Origin: an uncultured Gammaproteobacteria bacterium | GTDB taxonomy: Bacteria; Pseudomonadota; Gammaproteobacteria; DRLM01 | Reading direction: 5' to 3' | NCBI GenBank assembly: GCA_963729605.1 | Contig: CAVSNY010000003.1 | Location: forward strand, 64,001-128,000 | Length of the DNA: 64,000 nt | Shown: positions 23,012 to 31,788 of the stretch, piece by piece | Layout of the letters: each line of letters begins with the position of its first letter | How positions within the stretch are numbered: the first letter of the stretch is position 1 | Program-made: the position numbers and the translations under genes | The notes under the pieces: model-generated | What the model saw: the letters and a program-made list of their open reading frames with translations, nothing else | Told to the model about the DNA's origin: nothing | Database searches by the model: none

Positions 23012-24868
23012 ATGAAGAAAACGAGCAATCGCAATACCCAACTGGATGTCGCCGCGCGCCGCGGTGTGTACGCAAGCCTGCTGGTGTTGTGCTGCGCCGC
23101 GCCGCTGCCTGGTCTCGCGGCCGACGACCCCGCCGCGAAGACCTCGCCCGCCGCGCAAACCGCGGTCGATCCGGAACAAGCGCTGAGCTTCGTCAAGGCC
23201 GCCCGCTTCGGTCAGGAGCAGGGCGTGAAAACCTATCTCGATCGCGGCCTGCCGGTGAACGTGAGCGGCGACCGGGGCGATACCGCCTTGATCGCCGCCG
23301 CCGGCGCCGGACATAAAGAGATCGTGCAGACCCTGCTGGCGGCGGGCGCCGACGTGAAACGGCGCAACATCGAAGGCCGCACGGCCTTGATGGCGGCGGC
23401 CTTGCACGGCGATCCGGCCATGGTGAAGTTGTTGCTGGACAACGGCGCCGATGTGCAAGTGAAAGACCCGCAGGGTGAGACGGCCTTGTTCGACGCGGTG
23501 CGTTACGGTCACCTCGCCGCGGTACGGCTGTTGCTGGAGGCGGGGGCCGATCCCAATATTCACAATCAACGCGCGGCCGCCGCCCCCGACAACGGTTACA
23601 CGCCACTGATGTACGCGGCGCGGCGCGGCGTGGCCGGTGCCAATGCCTCGGTACAAAACTGGAACGACATCGTCAAGGCTCTATTGGAAAAGGGCGCCGA
23701 TCCCAACGCCCGCAACAGCCGCGGCGCCACGGCCTTGGCCGTCGCCGGCGACGCCGGTTACCAAGACGCGGTGAAACTGTTATTGGCGGGTGGCGCCAAG
23801 GAGGTGTTCACCTATTCGGGCATGAACATCAACGATGCCTTGCTGGTGTCGGCCAGTAACGGCGACGCGGTCAAGGTGATCGAATCCTTGAACGCCGGCG
23901 CCGATCCGCACGCCGCCTCGCGGGCCGGAGTGATGCCTTTGCTGGCGGCGGCCTACGGCGGCAACGTGGAGGCGGTGCGGGTCTTGGTGGAACGGGGTGC
24001 GCGCGTCAACGCCGAGCCCAACGGTTTCCGGGCCTGGACTTGGACCGGCGCCAAACTCCCGCTGCGGCAGCAGGCGCTGGCGCAATCCGCCTCCATCGGC
24101 GACACGGCTTTGATACTCGCCGCGCGGTTGGGCCACGAAGAGGTGGTGGCCTACCTGCTCGAACACGGCGCCGATCCTGCGCGCGCCAATCCGCACGGCG
24201 ATTCGCCGCTCGCGGTGGCGGCGGAACAAGGCCACGCCAAGATCGTCAGCCTGGTGCTCGCCAAGGGCGTCGATCCCGACGAAGGCCGTCAACGTGTGCC
24301 GTCCTTTTCCGGCGGCGCCCTGGTCGGGCTCAAGACCGAGGAGCACAATACCCCGCTGATGAAGGCCGCGCAGGGCGGACATGTCGCCGCCGTGCGGGTC
24401 TTGCTCGACGCCAAGGCCGATCCGAACATCCGCGGTTTCGCCGGTAAAACCGCCTTGTATTGGGCGGTGGAACGCGGTTACGGCGAGGTGGTGTCCTTGT
24501 TGCTGGAACGCGGCGCCGACGCCGACATCAAAACCAACGCCGGTTTGACGCCGTTGATGGAAGCGGCCAAGAACGGCCGCACGGATATCGTGCAGCCTCT
24601 GCTCGCCAAACAGGCCGACGTCAATGCGCGCGAAGGCGGCGATGTGTTGCCCGGCACCGTGGATACCTCCGGCGGCGCCGGCATGACCGCGTTGATGTTC
24701 GCGGCCATGGGCGGCCACGCCGAGGTGGTGTCGGCGCTGATGAAGGCCGGCGCCGATATTTCGATTCGTAACCGCAACGGCCAGACCGTCTTCGAAGAAG
24801 CGGAAAAGAGCGGCCACGGCGAGATCGCCCGGCAGTTGCGCAGCTGGAATTTCGCCGCGGATAAATAA
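23012..24868 (+). CDS. Exported ankyrin-repeat protein (about 15 repeats)
   Basis: Repeated G-x-T-[AP]-L-x-x-A-A-x-x-G-H...LL-x-x-GAD-x-N motifs; N-terminal signal-like segment ARRGVYASLLVLCCAAPLPGLAA. Confidence 0.9.
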   Translation: MKKTSNRNTQLDVAARRGVYASLLVLCCAAPLPGLAADDPAAKTSPAAQTAVDPEQALSFVKAARFGQEQGVKTYLDRGLPVNVSGDRGDTALIAAAGAGHKEIVQTLLAAGADVKRRNIEGRTALMAAALHGDPAMVKLLLDNGADVQVKDPQGETALFDAVRYGHLAAVRLLLEAGADPNIHNQRAAAAPDNGYTPLMYAARRGVAGANASVQNWNDIVKALLEKGADPNARNSRGATALAVAGDAGYQDAVKLLLAGGAKEVFTYSGMNINDALLVSASNGDAVKVIESLNAGADPHAASRAGVMPLLAAAYGGNVEAVRVLVERGARVNAEPNGFRAWTWTGAKLPLRQQALAQSASIGDTALILAARLGHEEVVAYLLEHGADPARANPHGDSPLAVAAEQGHAKIVSLVLAKGVDPDEGRQRVPSFSGGALVGLKTEEHNTPLMKAAQGGHVAAVRVLLDAKADPNIRGFAGKTALYWAVERGYGEVVSLLLERGADADIKTNAGLTPLMEAAKNGRTDIVQPLLAKQADVNAREGGDVLPGTVDTSGGAGMTALMFAAMGGHAEVVSALMKAGADISIRNRNGQTVFEEAEKSGHGEIARQLRSWNFAADK

Positions 24869-24886
24869 ATCCGTAAAGAACAGTTG

Positions 24887-25006
24887 ACCACGGAAGAGGT
24901 TCACGGAGAAAAACCAGCGGCCTCGCTTGTCGAAGTCACTCGACGGATGAACTCGTCCGGTGCCGCCAGGTCCTGATCCTCTCCGTTCTCCGCGATCTCC
25001 ATGGTT
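24887..25006. repeat. Degenerate ACCACGGA.../...CTCCATGGT inverted repeat element
   Basis: ACCACGGAAGAGGTTCACGGAGAA at 24887 faces CTCTCCGTTCTCCGCGATCTCCATGGTT at 24979-25006. Confidence 0.4.
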
Positions 25007-25078
25007 TGCATCCGGAGTTTTTAAGGTAAATAGTGTCGCTGCCGCGGCACGGGACATCCATCAGCAAGAAGTGCCATC

Positions 25079-25543
25079 GTGATCAAACGTATTCAAGATT
25101 TTTTCAACAGCCAAATCCAGGCGCGGACCGGCGATGGTCCGCGGGAATCTCAACACAGTTTGCACTTGGCCACCGCGGCGCTGCTGATCGAAGTCACCCG
25201 CGCCGATTTCGCGGTGGATGCCCTTGAGCAGCAAGCGGTGACGCGCGCCGTGCAAAGTTTATTCGGCTTGAGCCGGCAAGAGACCGATGAGCTGATCGCC
25301 TTGGCGGAAGAGGAGGCCAAGCAGTCGGTGTCGCTGTATCAATTCACCGAATTGGTGGATAAACGATTTTCCGCCGAACAGAAAATTCAGATCGTGGAAA
25401 TGATGTGGCGGGTGGCCTTCGCCGATCGCGACAACGATATGCACGAAGAACACCTGGTGAGTAAGGTGGCGGATTTGCTGCATGTGCCGCGCGCCGCGTA
25501 TTTGCGCGCCCGCCATGTGGTGGAGAGCGAAGTCAAAAAATAA
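25079..25543 (+). CDS. TerB-family protein
   Basis: LATAALLIEVTRAD, SLYQFT, MWRVAFAD...HEEHLVSKVADLLHV. Confidence 0.82.
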   Translation: MIKRIQDFFNSQIQARTGDGPRESQHSLHLATAALLIEVTRADFAVDALEQQAVTRAVQSLFGLSRQETDELIALAEEEAKQSVSLYQFTELVDKRFSAEQKIQIVEMMWRVAFADRDNDMHEEHLVSKVADLLHVPRAAYLRARHVVESEVKK

Positions 25544-25686
25544 TTCATTGGGTGACCGCCCGCCCCGCCCTCCGCCTGGAGACTCGAACCTGCCTCAAGT
25601 GATCGGTTTGAAGGCGCCCTTGCAGTTTTTCTAGTCGGGTAACCAGGCCTTGTCCGTTCGACATTGAAAAAACTTCCTGGAACACA

Positions 25687-25805
25687 TCCCCTCTTCCGTG
25701 GGCGGGGAGCGCGGCGCGCAGCGAGGTGAGGGAAGCAAAGAAGAGAACGGGATTTTGCGAGTGACGGCGGTCATCCGGGCGCCCTCGCTCGCTTGCGGGA
25801 GAGGG
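25687..25805. repeat. Degenerate inverted pair of BoxC-like repeats
   Basis: TCCCCTCTTCCGTGGGCGGGGAG...GGTGAGGG and CCCTCGCTCGCTTGCGGGAGAGGG. Confidence 0.55.
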
Positions 25806-25881
25806 AAAGGAAGCCTCTGTCGGCTCGAAAGCTTTAATTCCAATTTTGCGCTAGGTTCCAGCCGGCCGCCGTCCACTCACT

Positions 25882-27366
25882 TCACTGTTTCAATTCCGGC
25901 GCCGCGTCCCGTTTGATTTCCTTCAGCCGCGCCTCGATGCGCGAGGCGCGATAGAAATCGTCTTTCTTGGTCACATTGAGCGCCTGGTTGAGATGGTCGA
26001 TGGCGGTTTGGAACTGGCCGCTCGCATAGGCGAACTCGGCGAGGGCCTGTTGTGATTCGATGGGCGCGCCGGCATCGTTCTCGGCCTGGGCCAGCAGTTT
26101 GTACACCAGCGGGCGCGGTTCGCGCGTGCGCAGATAATCCTGCAATAGCTGCCGCGCCGGCACCGGTTGTCCGTTCAGCAGCAGCTCACGGGCGTAGGCG
26201 ACGGTAAGCGGATAATTGCGCGGATAGAGTTTTAGCGTATCTCCATAAATTTTCAGCGCGGTGTCGGAGTCATTTTTGGCCGAGGCCAGTTGGCCTTGCG
26301 CCAGCCGGTATTGAATGCGGTCGGGGTCTTTCTTCAACAGCACTTTGATTTGTTCAGCGGCCTTGCCGTTTTGACTGGCGGCGAGCAGGGCCAGGGCGTA
26401 GCCGTAGCGTTGCGCGTCTTCGTTGACGACGGGCCGGTCGTTAAGTTTATTTTCGAAATAAGCCGCCGCGTTTTGCGGATCTTGAGCGGTGAGCACCCGC
26501 AGCTTGGCGCGGATCAGCTGAAAACTGAGGGAATCGGCAACGGTAACCTTGGGGTATTGTTCGGCGCGGTTGCGGGTGTCGGCGATACGCGCGGTGGTCA
26601 CCGGATGGGTGCGCAGCATTTCCGGCGCGCCGTTTTCATAGAAGCGATTGGCCTGCTGCAATTGCTCGAAGAAGATGGGCATGCTGCGAGGGTCGTAACC
26701 GGCGTCGGCGAGGATTTGCAGTCCGACCCGGTCCGCCTCCAATTCGTGGGTGCGGGTGAAGTTGATGGCCGCTTGTTGGCTGCCGGCGAGAGTGGCCGCC
26801 ATCGCCGCGGTGCCGACCTGGGCGTTTTGTCCGGCGAGGATCAAGGCCGCCATCAGGGCCGCGGTGGCGGGCAAGGCCAAGCGATTGGATTTGTCCACCG
26901 CGCGCAATAAGTGATGTTGAGTGACATGGGCGATTTCATGGGCGAGCACCGAAGCCAGTTCGCTCTCGGTGTCGCTGGCCAGGATCAGGCCGCTGTGCAC
27001 GCCGATGTAGCCGCCCGGTCCGGCGAAGGCGTTGACCGTTTTATTTTCCACCACGAAAAAGGTGAAGGGGTAGGCTTGTTGATCGGCATGGGCCGCCAGC
27101 CGGTAGCCGAGGCTTTGAATGTATTCGTCGGTCTCCGGGTCGTCGGCGATCTTCACCGACTGGCGGAGGCTGCGCATGAATTGCTGACCCAGGCGTTGTT
27201 CTTCCTGAGGCGAAATGATCGAGCCGGCACTGTCGCCGAAATCCGGCAGCACGATGTTGGGATTGGGATCCGCGGCCCAGGCCGGCACGCTGAGCAACAG
27301 CGCGAGGACGCCCCCTTGCAGGCGGGGGCGCCGGATGAGGCGTGGTAGGTGATGGGTAAAATTCAT
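25882..27366 (-). CDS. bepA: M48 family periplasmic metalloprotease with TPR region (BepA/YfgC)
   Basis: Signal peptide, NAFAGPGG, ELASVLAHEIAH, HELEADRVG, THPVT, TPR-like C-terminus. Confidence 0.88.
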   Translation of the reverse strand: MNFTHHLPRLIRRPRLQGGVLALLLSVPAWAADPNPNIVLPDFGDSAGSIISPQEEQRLGQQFMRSLRQSVKIADDPETDEYIQSLGYRLAAHADQQAYPFTFFVVENKTVNAFAGPGGYIGVHSGLILASDTESELASVLAHEIAHVTQHHLLRAVDKSNRLALPATAALMAALILAGQNAQVGTAAMAATLAGSQQAAINFTRTHELEADRVGLQILADAGYDPRSMPIFFEQLQQANRFYENGAPEMLRTHPVTTARIADTRNRAEQYPKVTVADSLSFQLIRAKLRVLTAQDPQNAAAYFENKLNDRPVVNEDAQRYGYALALLAASQNGKAAEQIKVLLKKDPDRIQYRLAQGQLASAKNDSDTALKIYGDTLKLYPRNYPLTVAYARELLLNGQPVPARQLLQDYLRTREPRPLVYKLLAQAENDAGAPIESQQALAEFAYASGQFQTAIDHLNQALNVTKKDDFYRASRIEARLKEIKRDAAPELKQ

Positions 27367-27756
27367 TGTTACAACCATAATCTATCCGCGGGCGGGTTTC
27401 CATCCGCTAGTCATGAATACACGCGGCCATATGACCCGCGCCGGTATGGCCGGTGGCGAAGCGGACGGATGACCGGAATTGTTGATTGCCGAGACCGGAG
27501 GCCAATAATAAGGTTGCCGCCATCGGCGGGACGATGTCCATGCGGCGTCCCGTACGCAAACCCTGGGACAATGGAAACGAACAAAAGGTCCCCGCTCACG
27601 GTCTCCACGTAAACCGTCTCGGCACACAGCGTGCTGTCGCGGTGGTGCGACGATCTCGGCGATCATGCCCATCTGCATGCTCGCGTACGGTCTGCCGAGA
27701 CGAGGGACCGCTGATCGGGGATTCATCCGCCCGTCGAATGATTTATGCGGCGCCGG

Positions 27757-28038
27757 TCAGGGTTCGATTCGAATATCTTTCCAAAACGCAATGTAGTTTT
27801 TAATCTCGCGCGCGGCGGATTTCGGTTCCGGATAATACCAAGCGGCATCGGCGATGAATTGGCCGTTCACCATCATGTCATAATAATTTGCTATGCCCTT
27901 CCAGGGACAAACGCTATGGGTCGCGCTGGATTGTAAATATTTCATATTCACCGCCCGGGGAGGAAAATAATAATTTTCCTCTATCACGATGCAATCATCG
28001 CTTTCGGCCAATACGGTATTTTGAAAAATGGCTTTCAT
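27757..28038 (-). CDS. DUF427 family protein
   Basis: MKAIFQNTVLAESD, NYYFPP, CPWKGIANYY, AAWYYPEPK, IAFW. Confidence 0.88.
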   Translation of the reverse strand: MKAIFQNTVLAESDDCIVIEENYYFPPRAVNMKYLQSSATHSVCPWKGIANYYDMMVNGQFIADAAWYYPEPKSAAREIKNYIAFWKDIRIEP

Positions 28039-28234
28039 TGCGAGTTTCCTCGAAATTCCGGTCTCGGTCATGCCGGAATTTTCCTTGTGCATTCAAAACG
28101 ATTTTTATGCAACGTGAACGCGGCGGGTTTGTGGTGGTGGACATCGGCGCGGATTTTACGGTGATTTTTGGAAGGCTTGGCCTGGGCAATGGGGAAATGC
28201 CGGCTATATTTAACTGTAGTTAATCACGAAAAGG

Positions 28235-29548
28235 ATGCAAGCGATGGAAACTATCAGCCCCGCCCTTGTGAAACCGCCCCGAAAAAAAGGCTTTTCCCAA
28301 AGCCTGGCCATGGTGAAAAAGCGTTATCCTCAGGTGCGTTTGCAAACCGAGCAATTATGCGCCCCTTTGCAAACCGAGGACTATTGCCTGCAAACCGCGG
28401 AATACGTCAGTCCACCCAAATGGCATCTGGCCCATACCAGCTGGTTTTTCGAGCGATTTATATTGGAGACAAGCCTCGCCTCGTACCGGGTTTTCGATGT
28501 TCAGTACGCGTATTTATTCAACTCTTATTATGAACAAATGGGCGGATTTTATCCGCGCGGCCAACGCGGCTGGCTGTCGCGGCCGAGCGTCGCCGATGTG
28601 TACAAATACCGGGCCCATGTCGATGACGCCATCCTGACCTTGCTGGAGCGCTTGAGCGAGGAACGCGATGAAGCCGTCATCGCGCGCATCGAATTGGGGC
28701 TGCATCACGAACAGCAACATCAGGAATTATTATTGACCGATATCAAGCATAATTTTGCGCTGAATCCCTTGCGTCCTGCTTATCAAGCGGCGCAGCCGTC
28801 GCGGGTGGGAGAGACGGTGACGCTGCAATGGCTGGAACATCCCGGCGGCCTGGCCAGCATCGGCCACGACGGCGAGGGATTTTGCTTCGATAATGAAAGG
28901 CCGCGCCATTCGGTATTCGTGCCGCCTTATCGCCTCGCGTCGCATCCGGTGACCAACGGCGAATACATGGAATTCATCAAGTCGGGCGCTTACGAACGGC
29001 CGCACTATTGGCTCGCCGATGGTTGGCGCATGGCGCGGGATCACGGTTGGCACGCGCCGCTGTATTGGGAACGCATCGAGGGGCAGTGGTGGCAGATGAC
29101 CTTGGCGGGCCTGCGGCCGGTGGCGGAGGCCGAGCCGTTATGCCATGTAAGTTTTTATGAGGCCGATGCCTATGCCCGCTGGGCGGGCAAGCGTTTGCCG
29201 ACCGAAATCGAATGGGAGTTGGCGGCCCGCGAACAAGATATCGCCGGTAATTTCTTGGAGTCCGGACTGTATCGTCCCGCGCCGGCCCATGAGGGAAATG
29301 ACCCGCTCAAACAGATATTCGGCGATGTATGGGAATGGACGCAAAGCCCCTACACCGCTTATCCGGGCTATCGTCCGCCGGCGGGGGCGATCGGCGAATA
29401 CAACGGCAAGTTCATGTGTAATCAAATCGTGATGCGCGGCGGTTCGTGCGCGACACCGCGCAGTCATGTGCGGGCGACTTACCGCAATTTTTTCTATCCC
29501 GCCGACCGTTGGCAATTTAGCGGGATACGCCTTGCCGATGAGTTGTAA
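28235..29548 (+). CDS. egtB: Ergothioneine biosynthesis sulfoxide synthase EgtB (start uncertain)
   Basis: SPPKWHLAHTSWFFE, LFNSYY, HHEQQHQE iron ligands, FGE-sulfatase domain RLPTE/GDVWEW/RGGS, GEYNGKFM. Confidence 0.92.
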   Translation: MQAMETISPALVKPPRKKGFSQSLAMVKKRYPQVRLQTEQLCAPLQTEDYCLQTAEYVSPPKWHLAHTSWFFERFILETSLASYRVFDVQYAYLFNSYYEQMGGFYPRGQRGWLSRPSVADVYKYRAHVDDAILTLLERLSEERDEAVIARIELGLHHEQQHQELLLTDIKHNFALNPLRPAYQAAQPSRVGETVTLQWLEHPGGLASIGHDGEGFCFDNERPRHSVFVPPYRLASHPVTNGEYMEFIKSGAYERPHYWLADGWRMARDHGWHAPLYWERIEGQWWQMTLAGLRPVAEAEPLCHVSFYEADAYARWAGKRLPTEIEWELAAREQDIAGNFLESGLYRPAPAHEGNDPLKQIFGDVWEWTQSPYTAYPGYRPPAGAIGEYNGKFMCNQIVMRGGSCATPRSHVRATYRNFFYPADRWQFSGIRLADEL

Positions 29549-29580
29549 TGAAGTCCTATTGAATAACAAGGAGTGTAGTC

Positions 29581-30537
29581 ATGAGGTTTTACGATCAGCA
29601 TCCGGCCCCCGCCCAGCTTTACCAGGAAATCACCGACGGTTTACGCAGCGAGCCCAAGTCCATCCCCCCCAAATTTTTCTATGATGAACGAGGTTCTTTC
29701 CTGTTCGGCGAAATCAGCCGGCTGCCGGAATATTATGTGACGCGCGTGGAGATGAGTATTCTTCGCGATTGCGCGGACGAACTTGCGCAGCGGATCGCGC
29801 CGCGGCCCGTGATCGTCGAGATCGGTAGCGGCGATAGCGACAAGGTGCGGCTGCTGTTGCAGAGTTTGCAACCGCTGGCCTATGTCCCCATCGACATCGC
29901 CCAGGCGCCGTTGCTGGCGTGCGCCGAACGAGTCCGGGCGGATTTTCGCGAAGTCGAAGTGCACGCCATCTGCGCCGATTACATGAAGAGCGTGATCGTG
30001 CCGAGTTCGGTGCCCGATGCGTCGCGCCTGGTATTTTTTCCCGGTTCCACCCTCGGCAATTTCGAGCCGGCCGCCGCGGAAGGTTTTCTACGCCGCCTGC
30101 GCAAGTTGGTGCGGGAAGACGGCGCGTTGCTGATCGGCATCGATCTCAAGAAAGACCGCCGCGTGCTGCACGCCGCTTATAATGACGCGCAGGGCGTGAC
30201 GGCGGCATTCAATCTCAATTTGCTGGTGCGGGTGCAAAACGAACTCGACGCCGAACTGGCGGTGGATGGATTTCGTCACGAGGCGTTTTACAACGAGGAG
30301 GAAGGACGGGTCGAGATGCACTTGGTGAGCCGCCGCGAGCAGGACATCGTGATCAACGGCGACCGTTTCTTGCTGGAAGAAGGCGAGGGCATCTGCACCG
30401 AATATTCCTACAAGTACACCGTCGAGGAATTTCACGCGCTGGCGCGCCGCGCCGGTTTTCGTTGCGAGCAGGTCTGGACCGACGAGCGGGCCTTGTTCAG
30501 CGTGCACCTGTTGAGAGTCTCGCCCAGCGCTAATTGA
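29581..30537 (+). CDS. egtD: L-histidine N-alpha-trimethyltransferase EgtD
   Basis: PKFFYDERGS, PEYYVTR, EIGSGDSDK, PGSTLGNF, AYNDAQGVTAAFNLN, TEYSYKY. Confidence 0.93.
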   Translation: MRFYDQHPAPAQLYQEITDGLRSEPKSIPPKFFYDERGSFLFGEISRLPEYYVTRVEMSILRDCADELAQRIAPRPVIVEIGSGDSDKVRLLLQSLQPLAYVPIDIAQAPLLACAERVRADFREVEVHAICADYMKSVIVPSSVPDASRLVFFPGSTLGNFEPAAAEGFLRRLRKLVREDGALLIGIDLKKDRRVLHAAYNDAQGVTAAFNLNLLVRVQNELDAELAVDGFRHEAFYNEEEGRVEMHLVSRREQDIVINGDRFLLEEGEGICTEYSYKYTVEEFHALARRAGFRCEQVWTDERALFSVHLLRVSPSAN

Positions 30538-30607
30538 GCAAGCGCCGGGTTAATCTTTGCTTCCAACGCGGGGAGCGGGAACGCGGCTTGCACGTCTCCC
30601 GCCCCCG

Positions 30608-31558
30608 CTATTTTTTCTTGGTGCTGAGCAATAAGGCCTCCGCCTTGGCGCCGAGGAAGACGTACAGGCCGAGACCCACCAGCAGGCCCACCGCCGCCAG
30701 CATCATCCACACGGCTTCTATCAAATGCTGGCCGTCGCCCAGCGCGGCCTTGAACATCAGCAGCAACGCCTCGATGGAGACCGCGATGAGGATGGCGGCG
30801 ATGAAACGGGTGATGGTGCGGCGGGTGGAGCTGTGGCGGAAGATGTCTTTGTGCATCAGCACCTCTTCCTCCAAGGTGGTTTTGCCGAGGTCGAACACCG
30901 CCAGGCCGAGGGTGAGGAAGATGATCACGCCGAAGGGTTTGAGGTGGCGGTCTTCCTTGCTGCCCGAGCCGAAGAACAATTCGGCGATCTCACTGAAGGC
31001 CGAGTAGAGCAGGGCGGCCACCACGATCAGCAGCCCGACCACGATGATGCTGTACACGCCCTTGAAGAACGGTTGAAAACGCCGCCGCGTGGTGTCGCCC
31101 ATGATGAATTCGATGGTCTTCACCAGGTCGATGTCGAGCAGCAGATAACCGTGGCCGCCCTGGTTGCCGAGCGGCCAGCGGCTGACCGCGGTGATGCACA
31201 GCTTGCGGCTGGCGGAGGAGAGATAGGGATCGGTGATGACGACGCCGTCGGCATTCTGCGCCATGCGGTAATAGGGCCGCTGGCTGCGGTCCTTGCCTTT
31301 GCCGCTGTAGGCCGCCTGGTGTTTGCTATTCACGGCGATGTTGTCGCTGACCTGCACGCCCGCGGCGTCGAGTATGTAGAGCAGATCGAGAAAGGGATAG
31401 GTCTCGCCGAGGCGTTCCATGGCCTGGCACTGGATGGCCTTGTCGTCGAACAGATGATCCTCGCCGATGCTGGAGAGGATCGACGACATCAACTCGTGCA
31501 CCGCGTCGCGGTAGTCGTGATAACGTTCGATGACACTGATGTAACTGGCTGTACTCAT
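30608..31558 (-). CDS. PDC/Cache sensor-like domain fused to a 4-TM membrane domain
   Basis: LLYILDAAGVQ, DRSQRPYY, ITDPYLS Cache motifs; four hydrophobic helices with VFDLGKTTLEEEV. Confidence 0.75.
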   Translation of the reverse strand: MSTASYISVIERYHDYRDAVHELMSSILSSIGEDHLFDDKAIQCQAMERLGETYPFLDLLYILDAAGVQVSDNIAVNSKHQAAYSGKGKDRSQRPYYRMAQNADGVVITDPYLSSASRKLCITAVSRWPLGNQGGHGYLLLDIDLVKTIEFIMGDTTRRRFQPFFKGVYSIIVVGLLIVVAALLYSAFSEIAELFFGSGSKEDRHLKPFGVIIFLTLGLAVFDLGKTTLEEEVLMHKDIFRHSSTRRTITRFIAAILIAVSIEALLLMFKAALGDGQHLIEAVWMMLAAVGLLVGLGLYVFLGAKAEALLLSTKKK

Positions 31559-31788
31559 CTTCCTGATTTCCTGTTGCGCCTGACCCAAGGCTTGAAGTGC
31601 ACAAGGCTTGCCAGTGTCGGCCGCCGGCGCCGTGAACCGCGTTTTTCCGGTCTCGCCGCCTTGATCCCGCCGACGGGCCGTGCCGCGATGAGGCGGGCCG
31701 GACGCGCGGCGGCCGTTTTTGGTGCGCGCCGGCGCGTCCGCTGTGATAGAATTCGCGACTTTTAGCGGCACTTGCTCCGGATGGCGTC

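Noticed and set aside
28235-29548. EgtB homologue as selenoneine synthase SenA or ovothiol OvoA
   Set aside because: No senB/selD neighbours and no C-terminal methyltransferase domain; adjacent egtD supports EgtB
30725-31765. 346-aa + strand ORF opposite the Cache-domain gene
   Set aside because: Antisense shadow; the minus-strand product has recognisable motifs and TM helices
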